DNA of 64,000 nt from Raja brachyura (taxonomy: Eukaryota): contig OY740808.1 in the NCBI GenBank assembly GCA_963514005.1, positions 13,702,001 to 13,766,000 on the forward strand, in the 5' to 3' direction. Below are positions 24,329 to 37,340 of the stretch, in pieces (positions within the stretch are counted from its first letter, which is position 1; each line of letters opens with the position of its first letter). The notes under the pieces were generated by a model. It ran no database searches. It saw only the letters and a list, made by a program, of their open reading frames with translations, and was not told the DNA's origin. The translations under genes and the position numbers were made by a program.

Positions 24329-26204
24329 TACCTCTTTAAAAGAGGTATTCAATTACTTCCATTTCCCTGCTCTTTCCTCATGTTCCAATTCTTTTTGGAC
24401 ACCATTGGCTCACACTCATCCTACTTTCAGGGCATCTCTGAATCTTTTGCCAATTGTATTTTTCTCCCACTGAAAGAACTTCACCTTGGTTATTTCATTA
24501 AATGTTTCATGAATCAGAATGCCCCTTTGCTATCTGAAGGAGACCATTTACAGTTTCTTCACATAACTAAATCTATCCTATGTACATTTCTAGTAGTTCT
24601 CTTTTGTATGCAGCCAAAAGCCCAGAATTAACCACAATACTCCAACTGGAAGTATGCAAAATATAAAATTAAATCATGTATACGCAGACACATACTTCAG
24701 TGCAGTGCCCACATAACCATAACAGACAGCTTCTAGACCAATTTCAGTCACATACACTCAAACAACAAAAATGAATATTGCCAGGCAGGCTCTTGGTTAA
24801 AATTTACAAACACACAAAGTGGGTGCAATGGATGCAAAAAGCAGGTGGAAGATGCACATTTTAGGAATGCTCATGCATAGGTGCACGTTTTCTATGCTGG
24901 TAGTACACACAGGGACAACTGACAAACTGATATTGTAACCTGCATCACATTTTGCAGTAATTTCTGTGTTTTAATACATAATCGTCATCACGAACAGTCG
25001 CATAACCAAATGCCACAAGATTTCAGATATTTTAAGATACACCTTTTAACAGATGGGAGTCCACAATATAACATATAAAACAGGCCTTCTCCTTTGATAT
25101 AATGACCAGCTTGTACACAAATAAATGATATACTTTCTTTAAAACTGTCAGTAAATGGTAATCTCAAAACAAAAGTTATTAAGTTACTTTTTATCCTACA
25201 TACCATTTAAAAAAATGTCATCCACTATTCCTAATCAAGCATTTGCCTGGTCAGGTAATCACCGGTTACCTGTGATTACCTGATCACCTGTAATCCAGTG
25301 TGAAACTGCCTGTGCAGTGACCAATGTGGCATTATCCCATAGTAAGCGCTTTTCATTCTTGCACCAGGTGACCTTTCCATATCCTGCACCAACCATCCCA
25401 ATAAGCATTAGACTCTTAATTTAGTGGCAATTAGTTCTCCTCTAGACAATCTTGTGCTGCAGATTCCACCCACACTGATTGCATTCTGAACTCTCACAGC
25501 TGGAGGCAGTTCATTATCCTATCCACATAAGAGAGATTTCTATGCTGAATGAGGCAATGACTGGCTGGTGTGTTGTAAGGTGGAACAGGGGCCACCTTAT
25601 AACACCAAGGTGCAGGATGTTAATGTTTGGGAAAAGGGCACATCCATTTCAGGCACCCAACTTCAACGTTAAGTATAGGATCGAGCGTAAACTTTTTTAT
25701 ATTTCTTCAATTTGTACTCTCGGATTGTAACATGGGGCACATTTAGCCATATTCCAGTCTTACTATTGCATTCCACACTCACGATTCATGACATTTTTCA
25801 GCCGCCTTGCAGTTTCTCAGGTGGAGTTGTTAAATTAGCAATAAAACAGGGTGTCCCAACTGGTATCCAAATGCACAAACTAATTCTAAGGGCTCTCACA
25901 TCGGTAGTGGAAATTCCAATTATCTTTTCCCTCCGACACAACAACATGGATCTGGCTCCCCTATAATTTCTAACCTTCTATTTTAAAATGCAAGACCACC
26001 CTCCCCTCCACCCCAGTACAAGATGTACTGTTGGATTTCTTTTACTACAGGGCATCAACTGTGTGCTGTTTAGAAAAAGACATTATCACATACCAAGCTC
26101 AAGCCTTCTACGTAGAAGGGCTGAGATATTAACACGCGTTAAGCCAATGCACATGATTGACAGATATTAAAAACACCGTTCATTCACCTTACCTTATTTC
26201 ACAA

Positions 26205-26210
26205 TTTATT
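26205..26210 (-). terminator. Candidate proximal polyadenylation signal (AATAAA) of RAB35
   Basis: AATAAA on the minus strand about 880 nt after the stop, followed by GT/T-rich sequence (GGTGTTTTT). No transcript evidence. Confidence 0.4.
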
Positions 26211-27089
26211 TAGTTACTTTTATCCCCCCATTATTTACCTGCCCCACCCCTCCCCATCATAGTAGAAGGCTAATTATCATCCAACATGATAAATTCATCA
26301 GCCAAATACTCTGGACCCATTTTTTTTAATATAAATAGTGGAGTAGTTACTTGATGATTTAAAAAAACTCCAAATGAGGTCTCCAATTCCATTCATAAAA
26401 TTGTCTAGCACAATTAGCAAGCCAATGTCCCTTTCTCCCTCCATTGCAGTTGCATTCCATATTTACCCCACCTCTTCCCCAACCACAAACGATGAATCAG
26501 ATAACAACAGTGCGAGTCTAACAGCGGAAATGGTGCAAAACTGGAAGCAGCTAGTGGCCACCGTGCATCAACATTAGTCAGCAGCTTGGATCCAAAAATA
26601 TTTACTTATTAAAAATCAAAATAGAAGATAGAATGAAGGTGCTTCATGATTTCTTGGCATCTGAAAGTATTAGGCGAAGCGATGAAGAAAGGGGTGGCAT
26701 TAAAGCTGTACATTATGTACAGGGTTTTTAAATCCCTTAAGCGAGACAAGTCACTCATTTATTTTCTCTGTAGATCCATACAAATCAAATGGAATGAGAT
26801 GATCTGCTCCGATCTTGGCACTGAGCTCCATTGCCGCAGTCACTTTCAATGGAAAAATAATAATTCGGAAATTGAACTATAAGAGCAACAGCACCGAGCC
26901 AACAAGACTCCACATCTGCTCTCAAACATTATCCTCCCAGGGCTCGGGGTGAGGGTGTGGGTGAGGGGAGAGTTGTGGGGCAGAGGTGGGGTGGGGATGT
27001 AAAAGAACGTTCGTTTCTGAATTTATGATATACAAGTCCGAGTGAAAGGGACTGTTCATTGCAAAGAAGTCCGTTTATTTTGTTCCTCG

Positions 27090-27218
27090 TTAGCAACACT
27101 TCCTCTTCTTTTTACTGTTTTTGGACAGTTTGATGACATCATTCTGCTGCTGTTGCTGCTGTTTGGCTAAGTTTTCTTTCTTGGCACGCAGCACGAGCTC
27201 TGTGATGCAGTTGAACAT
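27090..27218 (-). CDS. RAB35: RAB35 last coding exon (MFNCITELVLRAKKENLAKQQQQQQNDVIKLSKNSKKKRKCC*)
   Basis: 129 nt ending in TAA at 27092-27090. Poly-Q run, polybasic tail and terminal CC prenylation motif typical of RAB35. Confidence 0.97.
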   Translation of the reverse strand: MFNCITELVLRAKKENLAKQQQQQQNDVIKLSKNSKKKRKCC

Positions 27219-27249
27219 CTGAAAGCAAAAGCAGACGGTGAGCTTGGAC

Positions 27250-27645
27250 CACAGCTTTACAAGGATGTTGCCAGGACACGAGGGTCTGAGCTATGGAGAG
27301 AGGTTGAGCAGGCTGGGTCTAGTCTTTTACCCAGAGTAGGGGAATCGAGAATCAAAGGACATAAGTTTAAGGTGAGAGGCAAAAGATTTAAAGGAACCTG
27401 AGCGATTCCTATTAAATCTTTTACACAAGGGTGGTGTATGTATGGAACAAGCTGCCGGAGCAGGTAGTTGAGGCAGGTACTATCACAACGTTTAAGAAAC
27501 ATTTAGACAGGGACATGGATAGGACAGTTTTAGAGAGATATGGGCCAAACGCAGGTAGGTAGGACTAATGAAGATGGGTCATGTTGGTTGGAGTGGGCAT
27601 GTTGGGCCGAAGGGCCTGTTACCATACTGTAAGACTCTATGAAGC
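27250..27645 (+). mobile_element. CR1 3' fragment in RAB35 intron 5
   Basis: Homologous to 2700-3000; ends in GGGCCGAAGGGCCTGTT...ACTCTATGA. Confidence 0.78.
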
Positions 27646-27713
27646 TCCTAGAACGAACTGACAGATGAGAAGACCCAAATTATTCACATAACTCCATCAA
27701 AGGCAATGCCTAC

Positions 27714-27838
27714 CTCTTCGACGTTGAGGTTCTCCTTTGCACTGGTTTCAAAAAGTTGAATGCCCATCTGTTCTGCAAATTTTTGTGCATCGTTGGTCTC
27801 TACTACTTTGCGTGCAGGATCGTCATTCTTGTTGCCCA
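27714..27838 (-). CDS. RAB35: RAB35 coding exon 5 (VGNKNDDPARKVVETNDAQKFAEQMGIQLFETSAKENLNVEE)
   Basis: 125 nt, GNKxD and ETSAK motifs, CAG/GTAGGC boundaries. Confidence 0.97.
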
Positions 27839-28244
27839 CTGCAATAGAAGCAAAAGATTTAATAACAACAGGTCTGGTGGGAATTGGGCAAGGCAGTAAC
27901 TTACAGATGTAAATAAGTGTGAGCAAGAGGTGCAAGTGAATGGGTGAAATAGGAGATGAATGGAGGGAGTTAGGAATATATGTGAATGGAAGGGAGAAAA
28001 AATAAAGTTCAATGACACAAATGGGGAGGGCCGCGGAGGGGGAAACCTGTCTTTGGTGAGTGAAATGTGCATTTACAGACACACCAAAGTGGTCGGTGGG
28101 GTTTTAATCACAAACAAAATGTAGATCCGTCCATGAATGGAGATTACGCATGGCCTGCATTTTCTTCCAGTTAAATAATATCACCGTTTTTATAGCGACT
28201 AGAGAAGGACCACTTACTCTCGGAAATAAGGCTAGCAAGTAGCT

Positions 28245-29422
28245 AAGGGGAAGCCATGCTTGACTAATCTGGATTTTTTTGAAGATGTAACAAGTAGAAT
28301 GGATAAGGGAGAGCCAATGGATGTGATATACCTGGACTTCCAAAAATCTTTTGACAAGGTGTCACACAAGAGATTAGTGTGCAAAATTAGAGTACGTGGT
28401 ATTGGGGGTAGGGTATGGACATGGATAGAGAACTGGTTGGCAGACAGGAAGCAAAGAGTAGGAATTAACGGGTCCATTTCAGAATGGCAGGCATTGACTA
28501 GTGGGGTACTGTAAGGCTCAGTGCTGGGACCCCAGTTATTTACAATATATATTAATGATTTAGATGAGGGAATTAAATGTAACATCTCCAAGTTTGTGGA
28601 TGACACAAAGCTGGGTGGCAGTGTGAGCTGGGAGGAGGATGTTATGAGGCTGTAGGGTGACTTGAATAGGTTGGGTGAGTGGGCAGATGCAGTAAAAAGT
28701 GGATAAATGTGAGGTTATCCACTTTGGTGGCAAGAACGAGAAGACAGATTATTATCTGAATGGTGTCAGATTAGGAAAAGGGGAGGTGCAACAAGAGCTG
28801 GGTGTCCCTGTATACCAATCACTGAAAGTAAGCATGCACGTACATGTAGCAGGCAGTGATGAAAGCAAATGGCATGTTGGCCTTCATCACCAGATGATTT
28901 GAGTATAGGAGCAAGGAGGTCCTACTGCAGTTGTACAGGGCCCTGGTGAGACCACACCTGGAGTATTGTGTGCAGTTTCGGCCTGCTAATTTGAGGAAGG
29001 ACATCCTTGCTATTGAGAGATTGCAGCGTAGATTCACCAGGTTAATTCCCGGAATGAGAGGGGATCTTATAAAAACATATAACATTCTTAAGGGATTGGA
29101 CAGGCTAGATGCAGGAAAAATCCAGAACCAGGGGTCACAGTTTAAGAATAAGAGGTGGGCCATTTAATACTGCGATGAAGAAAAATCTTTTCACCCAGAG
29201 AGTTGTGAAACTGTGGAATTCTCTGCCAGAGAAGGCAGTGGAGGCCAATTCACTGGATGTCTTCAAGAACGAGTTATATATAGCTCTTAGGGCTAACAGA
29301 ATCAAGGGATATGGGGAAAAGCAGGAACGGGTTACTGATTTTGGATGATCAGCCATGATCATATTGAATGGCTGTGCTGGCTCGAAGGGCCGAATGGCCT
29401 ATTCCTGAACCTATTTTCTATG
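28245..29422 (+). mobile_element. CR1 LINE, 5'-truncated ORF2 and 3' UTR
   Basis: [23 protein letters not shown] and [15 protein letters not shown] motifs; same family as 744-2505. Confidence 0.9.
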
Positions 29423-29549
29423 ATAGGTCAGTGGGGGAGCACTCTGGGAGACAGGTTCATTTGCTCCTCTTCCAACCTTGTCTATTATAGTTGGGGGTCC
29501 TGATGTGGCCTCCTCTACACTGACAAGAGCAGGCGCAGACTAAAGTTTC

Positions 29550-30595
29550 ACCAATGAATGAACTGGACACAAAGTTAGTTTGGTGGTAGAAGGCAGAGGG
29601 CGGTAAAAGTGTGTTTACCCAATTGGAGAGCTGTGGATAGTGATGTGGTGCAGGGATCAGTGTAGCGTACCTTGTTGTTATATTAATTATTTGGGAGAAA
29701 ATGTAGCTTGCACGAGTAGTAAATATTCAGTTGAGACCAAAACATTGGTGATGGTTATCTAGGTAACAGTGGAGGTTATCTAGGTTACCACAGGATATTA
29801 ATCAATTGGGAAAACAGGCAAAGAAATGGTGGAATTTAACTTGGCCAAGAGTGAAGTAATGCATCGTGGAAAGTTAAACCAGACCAGGGAACACAGAGTG
29901 CATGGCAGAGTCCTGGATATAGTTCAACAGAGACCAAGGGGTACAAGTGCATAGTTCCCTAAAAGTGGCAGCACTGATAATCAAGCTGAAGAAGGGATAT
30001 GGTGTGCTTGCCTTCATTAGCCGTTGTATCGAGTACCGAAGGTGGATCATCATGTTACAGCAGTACACAATGTTGGTTAGGCTACACTTGTGGTACTCTT
30101 TGTGGCTTTGATTGCCATGTTCGAGGAAGGATGTGATTAAGCAAGAGAGGGTTCAGCAATTCACAGGAATGTTGCGTGGACGAGAGGGCTTGTGTTATAA
30201 AGGAGAGATTCGATAGGTTGGGGCTGTATTCCCCAGGGCAAGGGATGTTGAGGGATGACATGAGCGAGGTTCATAAAATGATAAGGGGCACAGATAAATG
30301 TAGATAGCTACAGTTTTTTTTTCCTGGGGTAGGGGTGTCTTAAACTAGAGGACATAGGTGGAAAGTGAGAGAAAGATTTAAAAGGGATCTGAGGGGAATG
30401 TTTTTCCATGGTGGGAATATGGAACGAGCTGCCAGAGGAGAGATGGTAGCAGGAACAAATACAAAATTGAAAGAACATTTGGTCCAGTAGATTTTGAAGG
30501 ATGTGGGCCAGACACAGGCAAATAGGATGAGCTTAGAAGGGCACCTTGGCCAACATGGGAGAGTTGGATTAAAGAGGCCGTTTCTGTGCTTTATA
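29550..30595 (+). mobile_element. Old CR1 LINE fragment
   Basis: Degenerate RT and 3' sequence similar to 2700-3000. Confidence 0.65.
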
Positions 30596-30720
30596 ATCAT
30601 GAATTTGTAACACGGCAAAGTCTTCAACACATTTAACTGCAATCACTTGATCTTCCATGCCCTCTGGCTCCATTAGCACCCCTTCTTCCCCCACCCGTAT
30701 TAGCCCTTAACTGATTCGCC

Positions 30721-31105
30721 TTTATTTTTATTTTTTATTTTTTTTATTAGACGCAAATGTACAAGAGTAGAACAATCGGCATATAAAATTATACAGTTAA
30801 TGTACAGCTTCAATTTTTACTTTAACTTTAAAATAGAGGAAAAGAAAAGAGAAACAAGAGAAAGAAAAAGTGAGAGATGCAAAGATAAGACCCTGAGACT
30901 ACCAGAGTAGTGTAGCCAAAGAGTGGGCAAAAGAAAGAAGGAAAATTTAAAAAGAACAAAAGGAGAGAAAAAAGTGGTCAAAAAATTGCCTCTCGTCCCC
31001 ACCCCACCCACCTCACCCAACCCATAGTTGGATTTAAATCCAAAGTTGTGTTGCGCCATACTATCCTTGTAAGAATTCGGTGAAGGGTGTCCATGTCTTG
31101 GAAAA
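30721..31105 (-). mobile_element. L1/Tx1-type LINE 3' end
   Basis: Minus-strand C-terminal FSKTWTPFTEFLQG*, pyrimidine-rich 3' UTR and A-rich tail (T-run at about 30721-30747). Confidence 0.55.
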
Positions 31106-32949
31106 ATGCTGGAAATGAGCAAAAACAAATTGCAGGAGGAACTCAATGGGTCAGATAGCATCTGTGAATGGAAATGGACAGACGATCTTTTGGGTCAGGA
31201 CCTTCCACCCTCCAGCCGCTTCATTTCTTAAATAATTTTGGTTTTACTTTTATGTTTTACAATATTCTAATACTCATTTTCTGTTTATTTTCTCTAATTG
31301 CTTTGGTCAGCTACTGTGTGTCTGGTATTTATCATGAAGATCCCCTTTTCCATTTTACATTTATCTCTGTACATCCAGGAAGCTCTTTGCAAGTCATTTC
31401 CCATCTCTTGCATTGGTGCTTCACAAATTCCCAAATGCAAAACTAGGCTCACTGTCAGACCATCCCATTATTCTGATTTACACCTCCTCTCGATCCATCT
31501 TGTGTTTCTTTAGTCTCATTACTTCCCCTTTTGCCTAGCATCATATCCCCATAATTTAATCTCTCCAGCTTTCCACTTTATCGTAGATCTTCCCGTTTCT
31601 TCTTTCCTACCAGATCCCTTTCTGTGCAACTTAAAACTGGTTACATTTTTAACTATTTTCCCAGCTGTGATAAAACAATCAGCACTTGAAATGTTACACC
31701 TGCTTTTCCCTCCACAGATGCTTCCTGACAATTAGCATTTCTATCATTTCCTGCTTTTAGGAAATGGCAACAGAAGCCGAGGCAAAGCGAGGGGAAGCTG
31801 TCCTTAACTATGTAGTACGAGTGGGAATACTCAAAGAGCAGATTCACAAATAGTTCCTGAAAGAGCTTTGGATAAATACACATATGAAAATCTTTCCAGA
31901 GCTACGAGGGAAAGCGATGAGTGGAACTCCTTTTAATAGCACAGGCTGGTGAGCAAAATGGCCACCGTCTGAGATATATCATTTTGTTTCTGTTCCATAT
32001 TTGACAAAATGTTCATAACTGAACAATAACCTGGCAAAGTTTTCCCAAATGGAAGCAATATTTTTTAAATTGTGAAAGCTAAGAAAATTCAAAATGACAA
32101 TTTACAAAATTAAAATGAAGGGCTGAGAAAGCTGTCAAATAATTTAACACAGTGATCTTTAACCTTTGGGACCTAGGTTTACTTCTGGCCCAAACCAGAC
32201 AAAGACCTTCTGTTCAGTGTCAGCCTGTGTGAGCCTATACGGAACACGCACAATGCAGTCCCTCGAACTATGAAAGTTGCAAATGCCAATAACTCAGTGT
32301 AGATGATAATCTTATCTAAATTACACTCGAGTACACAAAGTGAAATGACTGTTGAAGAAAGCACACTTTGAAACTGTGCTCAAGCTCGCTGTTGCTGTGG
32401 AATTCTAGGCGGGCAGGAGGGAAGGGGGTGCTTGAAGAGTTTGTATTGATACACCAGCTTAGAGTGCTGGATCATGGCACCCACAGCCAATTCATTGTGC
32501 TATCTTTGATAATATAATAAAAACAAAGTTAGAGCAGAAATGACTCCCAGATTACAACCGATAACATCATTGTGGGGATTTTCTGCACCTAACTCATGCT
32601 GTACTGCAGCAGATTCAGAGACCCAACAATAAAACACTTGAAGATCAATCCCCTTTCACAGCACATGCCCAACTGTTTTGTCATTGGGACTAAAATGACT
32701 GGATGGAATTTTTTGAGCACCTTATTGGTAGATAATTCTGAAATTAGACAAACAGATTACACAATCAAATTTGTAGAGTAAAATATATGCAAATTAGCAG
32801 GTTCCCTGAATTTAAATGTATTTGTGGGCTTGAGTGGTGTCTTTATATGGCAAAAATGACAGCATGTAAAACTCTGCCCTAAGCTTTTAATGGATGGTAA
32901 AAACATCAGAAATTTAGGCAGGAAAAATACCAAAGCAAGCACATTACCA

Positions 32950-33430
32950 AATAGAAAAAAGAACATAGAACAGTACAGCATGCCGTGATGTGTGTGGTGA
33001 ACACACTACCCACTTAAACTCGTCCCTTCTGCACTGCACATGGTCCATATCCCTCCACTGCCCATATATTCATGCATCTGTCTAAAAGCCACTACTTTGT
33101 CCACCACCCCGGGCAGCGCGTACCAGGCATCTACCACTCTTTAAAAAAAACTGTCTTGCATTTTTCCTTTAAACTTTCTCCCTCTGACCTTATAACTACG
33201 CCCTCTAGTGTTTGACTAAAGGAAAAGGATTCTGACTATCTGACTCTATCAATGCTTCTCATAATTTTATAAACTTATATTAGGGCATTGCCCAGCCTCC
33301 GACACTCCAGAGAAAACAATTGACCTTTGTACAACCTCTTTTTATAACCAAAAATCAGGCAGCATTCTGATAAACCGTTTTTGCACCCTCGCCAAGCTTC
33401 CATATGTTCCTGTGATGGGGCAACCAGCAC
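32950..33430 (-). mobile_element. Old CR1 3' fragment
   Basis: AGAACATAGAACAGTACAGCA tail and a GQLFSLECRRL-like ORF2 remnant. Confidence 0.65.
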
Positions 33431-34074
33431 TGGTGATAGATTGCAGTGCCCTGAAGTGCAGAGGCATCTAGAGGTCCCAATGCACAATTTTTTAAATGGC
33501 TAGTATCCAGGTAAAGCAAGTAATTTGAAGCATTAATGAAATGTTATAATTTGTTGTGAGTGGAGCTGAATACAAAGCTGGGAGCCACAGTTAGACACGG
33601 CATTAAGAAACATTATCTGTACACGACATAGGTAGTTATATACAAGGAGGGATGATAAAGGGCATAGATGGAGAGATACAGTGCGAAACAGACCCTGCAC
33701 CCACCATAGGCGCATCAAGTCATTAAGTATCCATCTGTATTAATCCCATTTTTCCCTGCTCTTGCATTCGCATCATTCCAGTTCTTCTGGAATATTCTGA
33801 GGAGTTGGAAGCATTTCAGAAAAGGTTTGCCACAACAATATTTGGAATTATCACTCATTCGCTTTGAGCAAAGTTTGAGCAGGCTTGTATCATTGAAGCT
33901 AAGAAGAGAAAGAGGGGACTTAATTTGAAATATAATACTCTGAGGGATGTTGACTGGGTGGATCTCAAGACTATATGCAAATACCAGGTAACGGTTAGTT
34001 AAGAGTACAGGAGGAAAATTGATAATCTTAAATTTGCCAGAACAACACTCTTACTCTCAACATTAGCAAGACCA

Positions 34075-34850
34075 ATTATTAACTTCAGGAGGGAAATGCC
34101 AAGGATCCATGAACCCGTCTGCATCAACGGGATGATGCTGGAGAGTGTCTACTGCTTCAAGTTTCTGGGTGTGCATGTCTTTGAAGGTCTGTCTTGGGCC
34201 CAACACACTGATGCAATCACAAAGCATCAACGCCTCAGATGATTGAGAAGATTTGGAATGTCACCGAATATTCTGTCAAACGTCTACAGCAGTATGGTAG
34301 GGATTATATCGACAGGTTACATCAGGACTGTTCAGTAACATGAAATGCCCAGGAGCGAAGCGGCTGCAGAATGTAGTAGATATTGCCGGTCCCCAAGGGA
34401 TACCGACTTCTCCATCGTCAAAGGGATCTGCAGGAAGTGCTGCCTCAAAAAGACAGCTAATATCAAAGACCCACATCACCTTGGCCACGCTCTCATGTCA
34501 CCACGACAATCAGGAAGCACCTACAGGAGCCCGAGAACTGTGACCACCAAATTCAAGAACAGCTTCTCTCCAGCAACCAGCAGGCTTTTGAACTATACTG
34601 CAGAACCCTAACCACAACTCTAGTTCAGCAACAATCTACTATGGAGTTTATTTATGGTTGCACTACATACTTCAACTTTACATTATTATGGACTGGTTAC
34701 CTAGCACTACTTACTTTTAATTTATTGAACCATTAATAATTGTATATTTATTTGTTGTGTTATTGCATTAATTAGCCTGTAATGCTGCAGTAAGAAAAGT
34801 CATTGTTTTATTCCTGCTACAAATGACAATTAAACATTTGTTTTAGTTTT
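34075..34850 (+). mobile_element. Rex1-type LINE fragment
   Basis: FKFLGVH..LSW, IKDPHHLGH and SGSTYRSPRTVTTKFKNSF motifs. Confidence 0.72.
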
Positions 34851-34855
34851 TTAAA

Positions 34856-35128
34856 AGTTTAGAGATAGAGTGCAAACAGGCCGTTGTCCCACCGAGTCTG
34901 CAGTGACCAGCAATCCTAGGGACACACTGGGGACAATTTACAGAAGCCAATTAACTGACAAACATGCACATCTTTGGAATATGGGAGGAAACTGGAGCAG
35001 AGAGAGAAAACCCACACGGCCACAGGGAGAACGTACAAGCTGCATACAGACAGACCCTGTAGTCACGATTGAACCCTGGTCTCTGGCGCTGTGAGGCAGC
35101 GACTCTACTGTTGGACCACTCTGCTGCC
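34856..35128 (-). mobile_element. tRNA-derived SINE (HE1/V-SINE-like)
   Basis: Homologous to 7233-7534. Confidence 0.82.
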
Positions 35129-35584
35129 ATTAGTTGCCTGGGGTCTCGATTCCACAAGATTCTGGAATGAGGGGTTACTGTTTAAATATCAGGGTTGCCC
35201 ACTGAAGACTTGACGCGGGAAGAAATTTCTCTGACGGTCACGAGTCCTTGGATATCTCTTCCTCAAAAGGTGGTAGAAGCAGAATTTTTGAATATCTAAG
35301 AGAGGTTGATAAAGATTTAATAAGCAATGGGGTCTACGTTGATGGTGGGCAGATGGGAATGCAGAGTTGGTGGTGACAATTAGATCAGCCATGATTTCAA
35401 ATCGCATGTGGGGCATGGTTGAGAGGTAATCAATTACCTAAGTTCCTATGTTTGTAAAATTATCTATCATATCTTTGTAAATGGAGGGGCACAGGAGGAT
35501 GAATGGCATTCTTATTGTGAATGAGTGAATCATCAAACAATGTCCTTATTTCATTCCAATGTACAATGGTAATGATATACATAC

Positions 35585-35709
35585 CCAGTATCCGACACAC
35601 GTCATCACAATTCTGGTTTATTTCATGTAACCACCGCTTGACGTTAACAAATGATTCTGCACTGGTGACATCATATACCACTATAACCCCGTGAGTGCCT
35701 CTGTAATAC
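35585..35709 (-). CDS. RAB35: RAB35 coding exon 4 ([41 protein letters not shown])
   Basis: 125 nt within ORF 35460..35774. Sequence is diagnostic of RAB35; CAG/GTATGT boundaries. Confidence 0.97.
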
Positions 35710-36065
35710 CTGCCAAACAAGAAGAGATAACATTTAAGACACTTAGGGTTGATTTCAGTGAAGTTAATGCTCAATTTAATTCAGCTTGACACTTTCAGGG
35801 CATTCTACGGTGTACAGTGTGATGTTTTCCCAAATGAAAAGATCCCATGTGTTTCCATGGTGAATATAAAAAATCCTGTAAGAAAATCTGAATGGAAGAT
35901 GATGTCTTTGGCCAACATTAACAAGACTAAAACAGTCATCAACCAGCCCACTCCTGTTAGTGGGAACAGACACTACACACAATGAATGCTGTGCTTATCT
36001 TCAAGAGGGAAACGAGAAACTTATTGTGAAGTGCTGTGTGGTTTTGAAGTTACACAATATTTATT

Positions 36066-36186
36066 ATTAATGTTTAATTTTTATGTGTCATTCCTGTCAC
36101 TGTATGTCATGTTGTCACTTGCGGGCGGAGCACCAAGGCAAATTCCTTGTATGTGAATATTTGGCCGATAAACGTAAACTTAAAAC
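36066..36186 (+). repeat. LINE 3'-end fragment, also present at about 40110-40252
   Basis: Shared GCGGAGCACCAAGGCA.ATTCCTTGTATGT...TTGGCC.ATAAAC plus a microsatellite tail. Confidence 0.65.
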
Positions 36187-37039
36187 TTTTTAAAAGAGAG
36201 TGCTCTCAGCTCCGGAAATGTCGTTTTTTTTGCATCCAGTTTCCAATTCCTTTTCCTCTGCTGAAAATTTCAATAGGTTTATTTGTGTGAGTTAGTGACA
36301 AAGAGTTTGTGAGCAAGTTAAATTATCTACCTAATTAAACAATCTATGGACGTGCCCAGGTCTCTTCTTCTTACAAACATAGACATGAATTATGGCATTC
36401 AAGGATTATCTTGGCACTTCAGGATCTCCCACAAGATCCCACACAGGAGGAAGACAAAAGCCATCCGAATAGAGAAGTTTTGCCATAATGGATGTAACTC
36501 AATGCGCAAGTACACATTCACTCATCATCACCAGTGTATTCATAGTATTCTCAATCTTAATACTTACTTTCTATGTTAATTATCTTTCAATGATTCTATT
36601 GATATTATGGAGTAGTGAAGGGGGAGAGGATAGTGGTGGAGGGAAAGTTGCCTTACACAAACATACAAATATCAGGAGAGTGGATATTCCTGGACTCTCT
36701 TGTACAACCCAGCAACTGAAGCTTCCCAGATGGCATTTTGGTTATGTTTGCCATCTGGTGTGATAGTGACTTATGCAGACCAGATGGTCTCAGCTATGAC
36801 TTCTGATCTGTGCCGAGTTAGCTAATCTTCACAGAACGCAGTGAAAGATTTGCAATCTGTAGAGGCCAAGGCTAGTTTACATTTTATTGGTGGTGTCACT
36901 TTCAATAGGTGAAGATGAGTGCCATGCCTCCTAATCATTTAAAGGATTTTAAAAGCACTTCTTGAAATTTAAATAAAATAGAAATAGTTTGATGACTTTA
37001 AAATAGCTGCTGCAACAGGTCTAGATATTTGACTATAGA

Positions 37040-37340
37040 CAAAAATAAATCCGAAGTAACTCAGCAGGTCAGGCAGCATCTCAGGAGAAAAGGAATAGGT
37101 GACATTTTGGGTCAAGACCTTCTTCAGACTCAGAGTCAGGGGAAAGGGAAACTAGAGATTATAGATGGCACGTGGAACAAATAAATGATAGATACGCAAA
37201 AAGCAACGTTGATCAAGGAGAGGTGGAGCTCACAATGGTCCATTGTTGGCTGTGGGGGAGGTGATAACGAGTTATACAGTGAAACTCAACAGGATGATAG
37301 TGAAACAAGTACGGCGACTAGGGTAGGGGAAAGACGGTGA
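37040..37340 (-). mobile_element. Older Penelope pLTR / 3' region copy
   Basis: GTAACTCAGCAGGTCAGGCAGCATC...CCTTCTTCAGAC, followed by sequence similar to 37770-37950. Confidence 0.72.

Noticed and set aside
27139-27165. CAG/CAA repeat as an expansion
   Set aside because: It is the normal short poly-Q of the RAB35 C-terminus.
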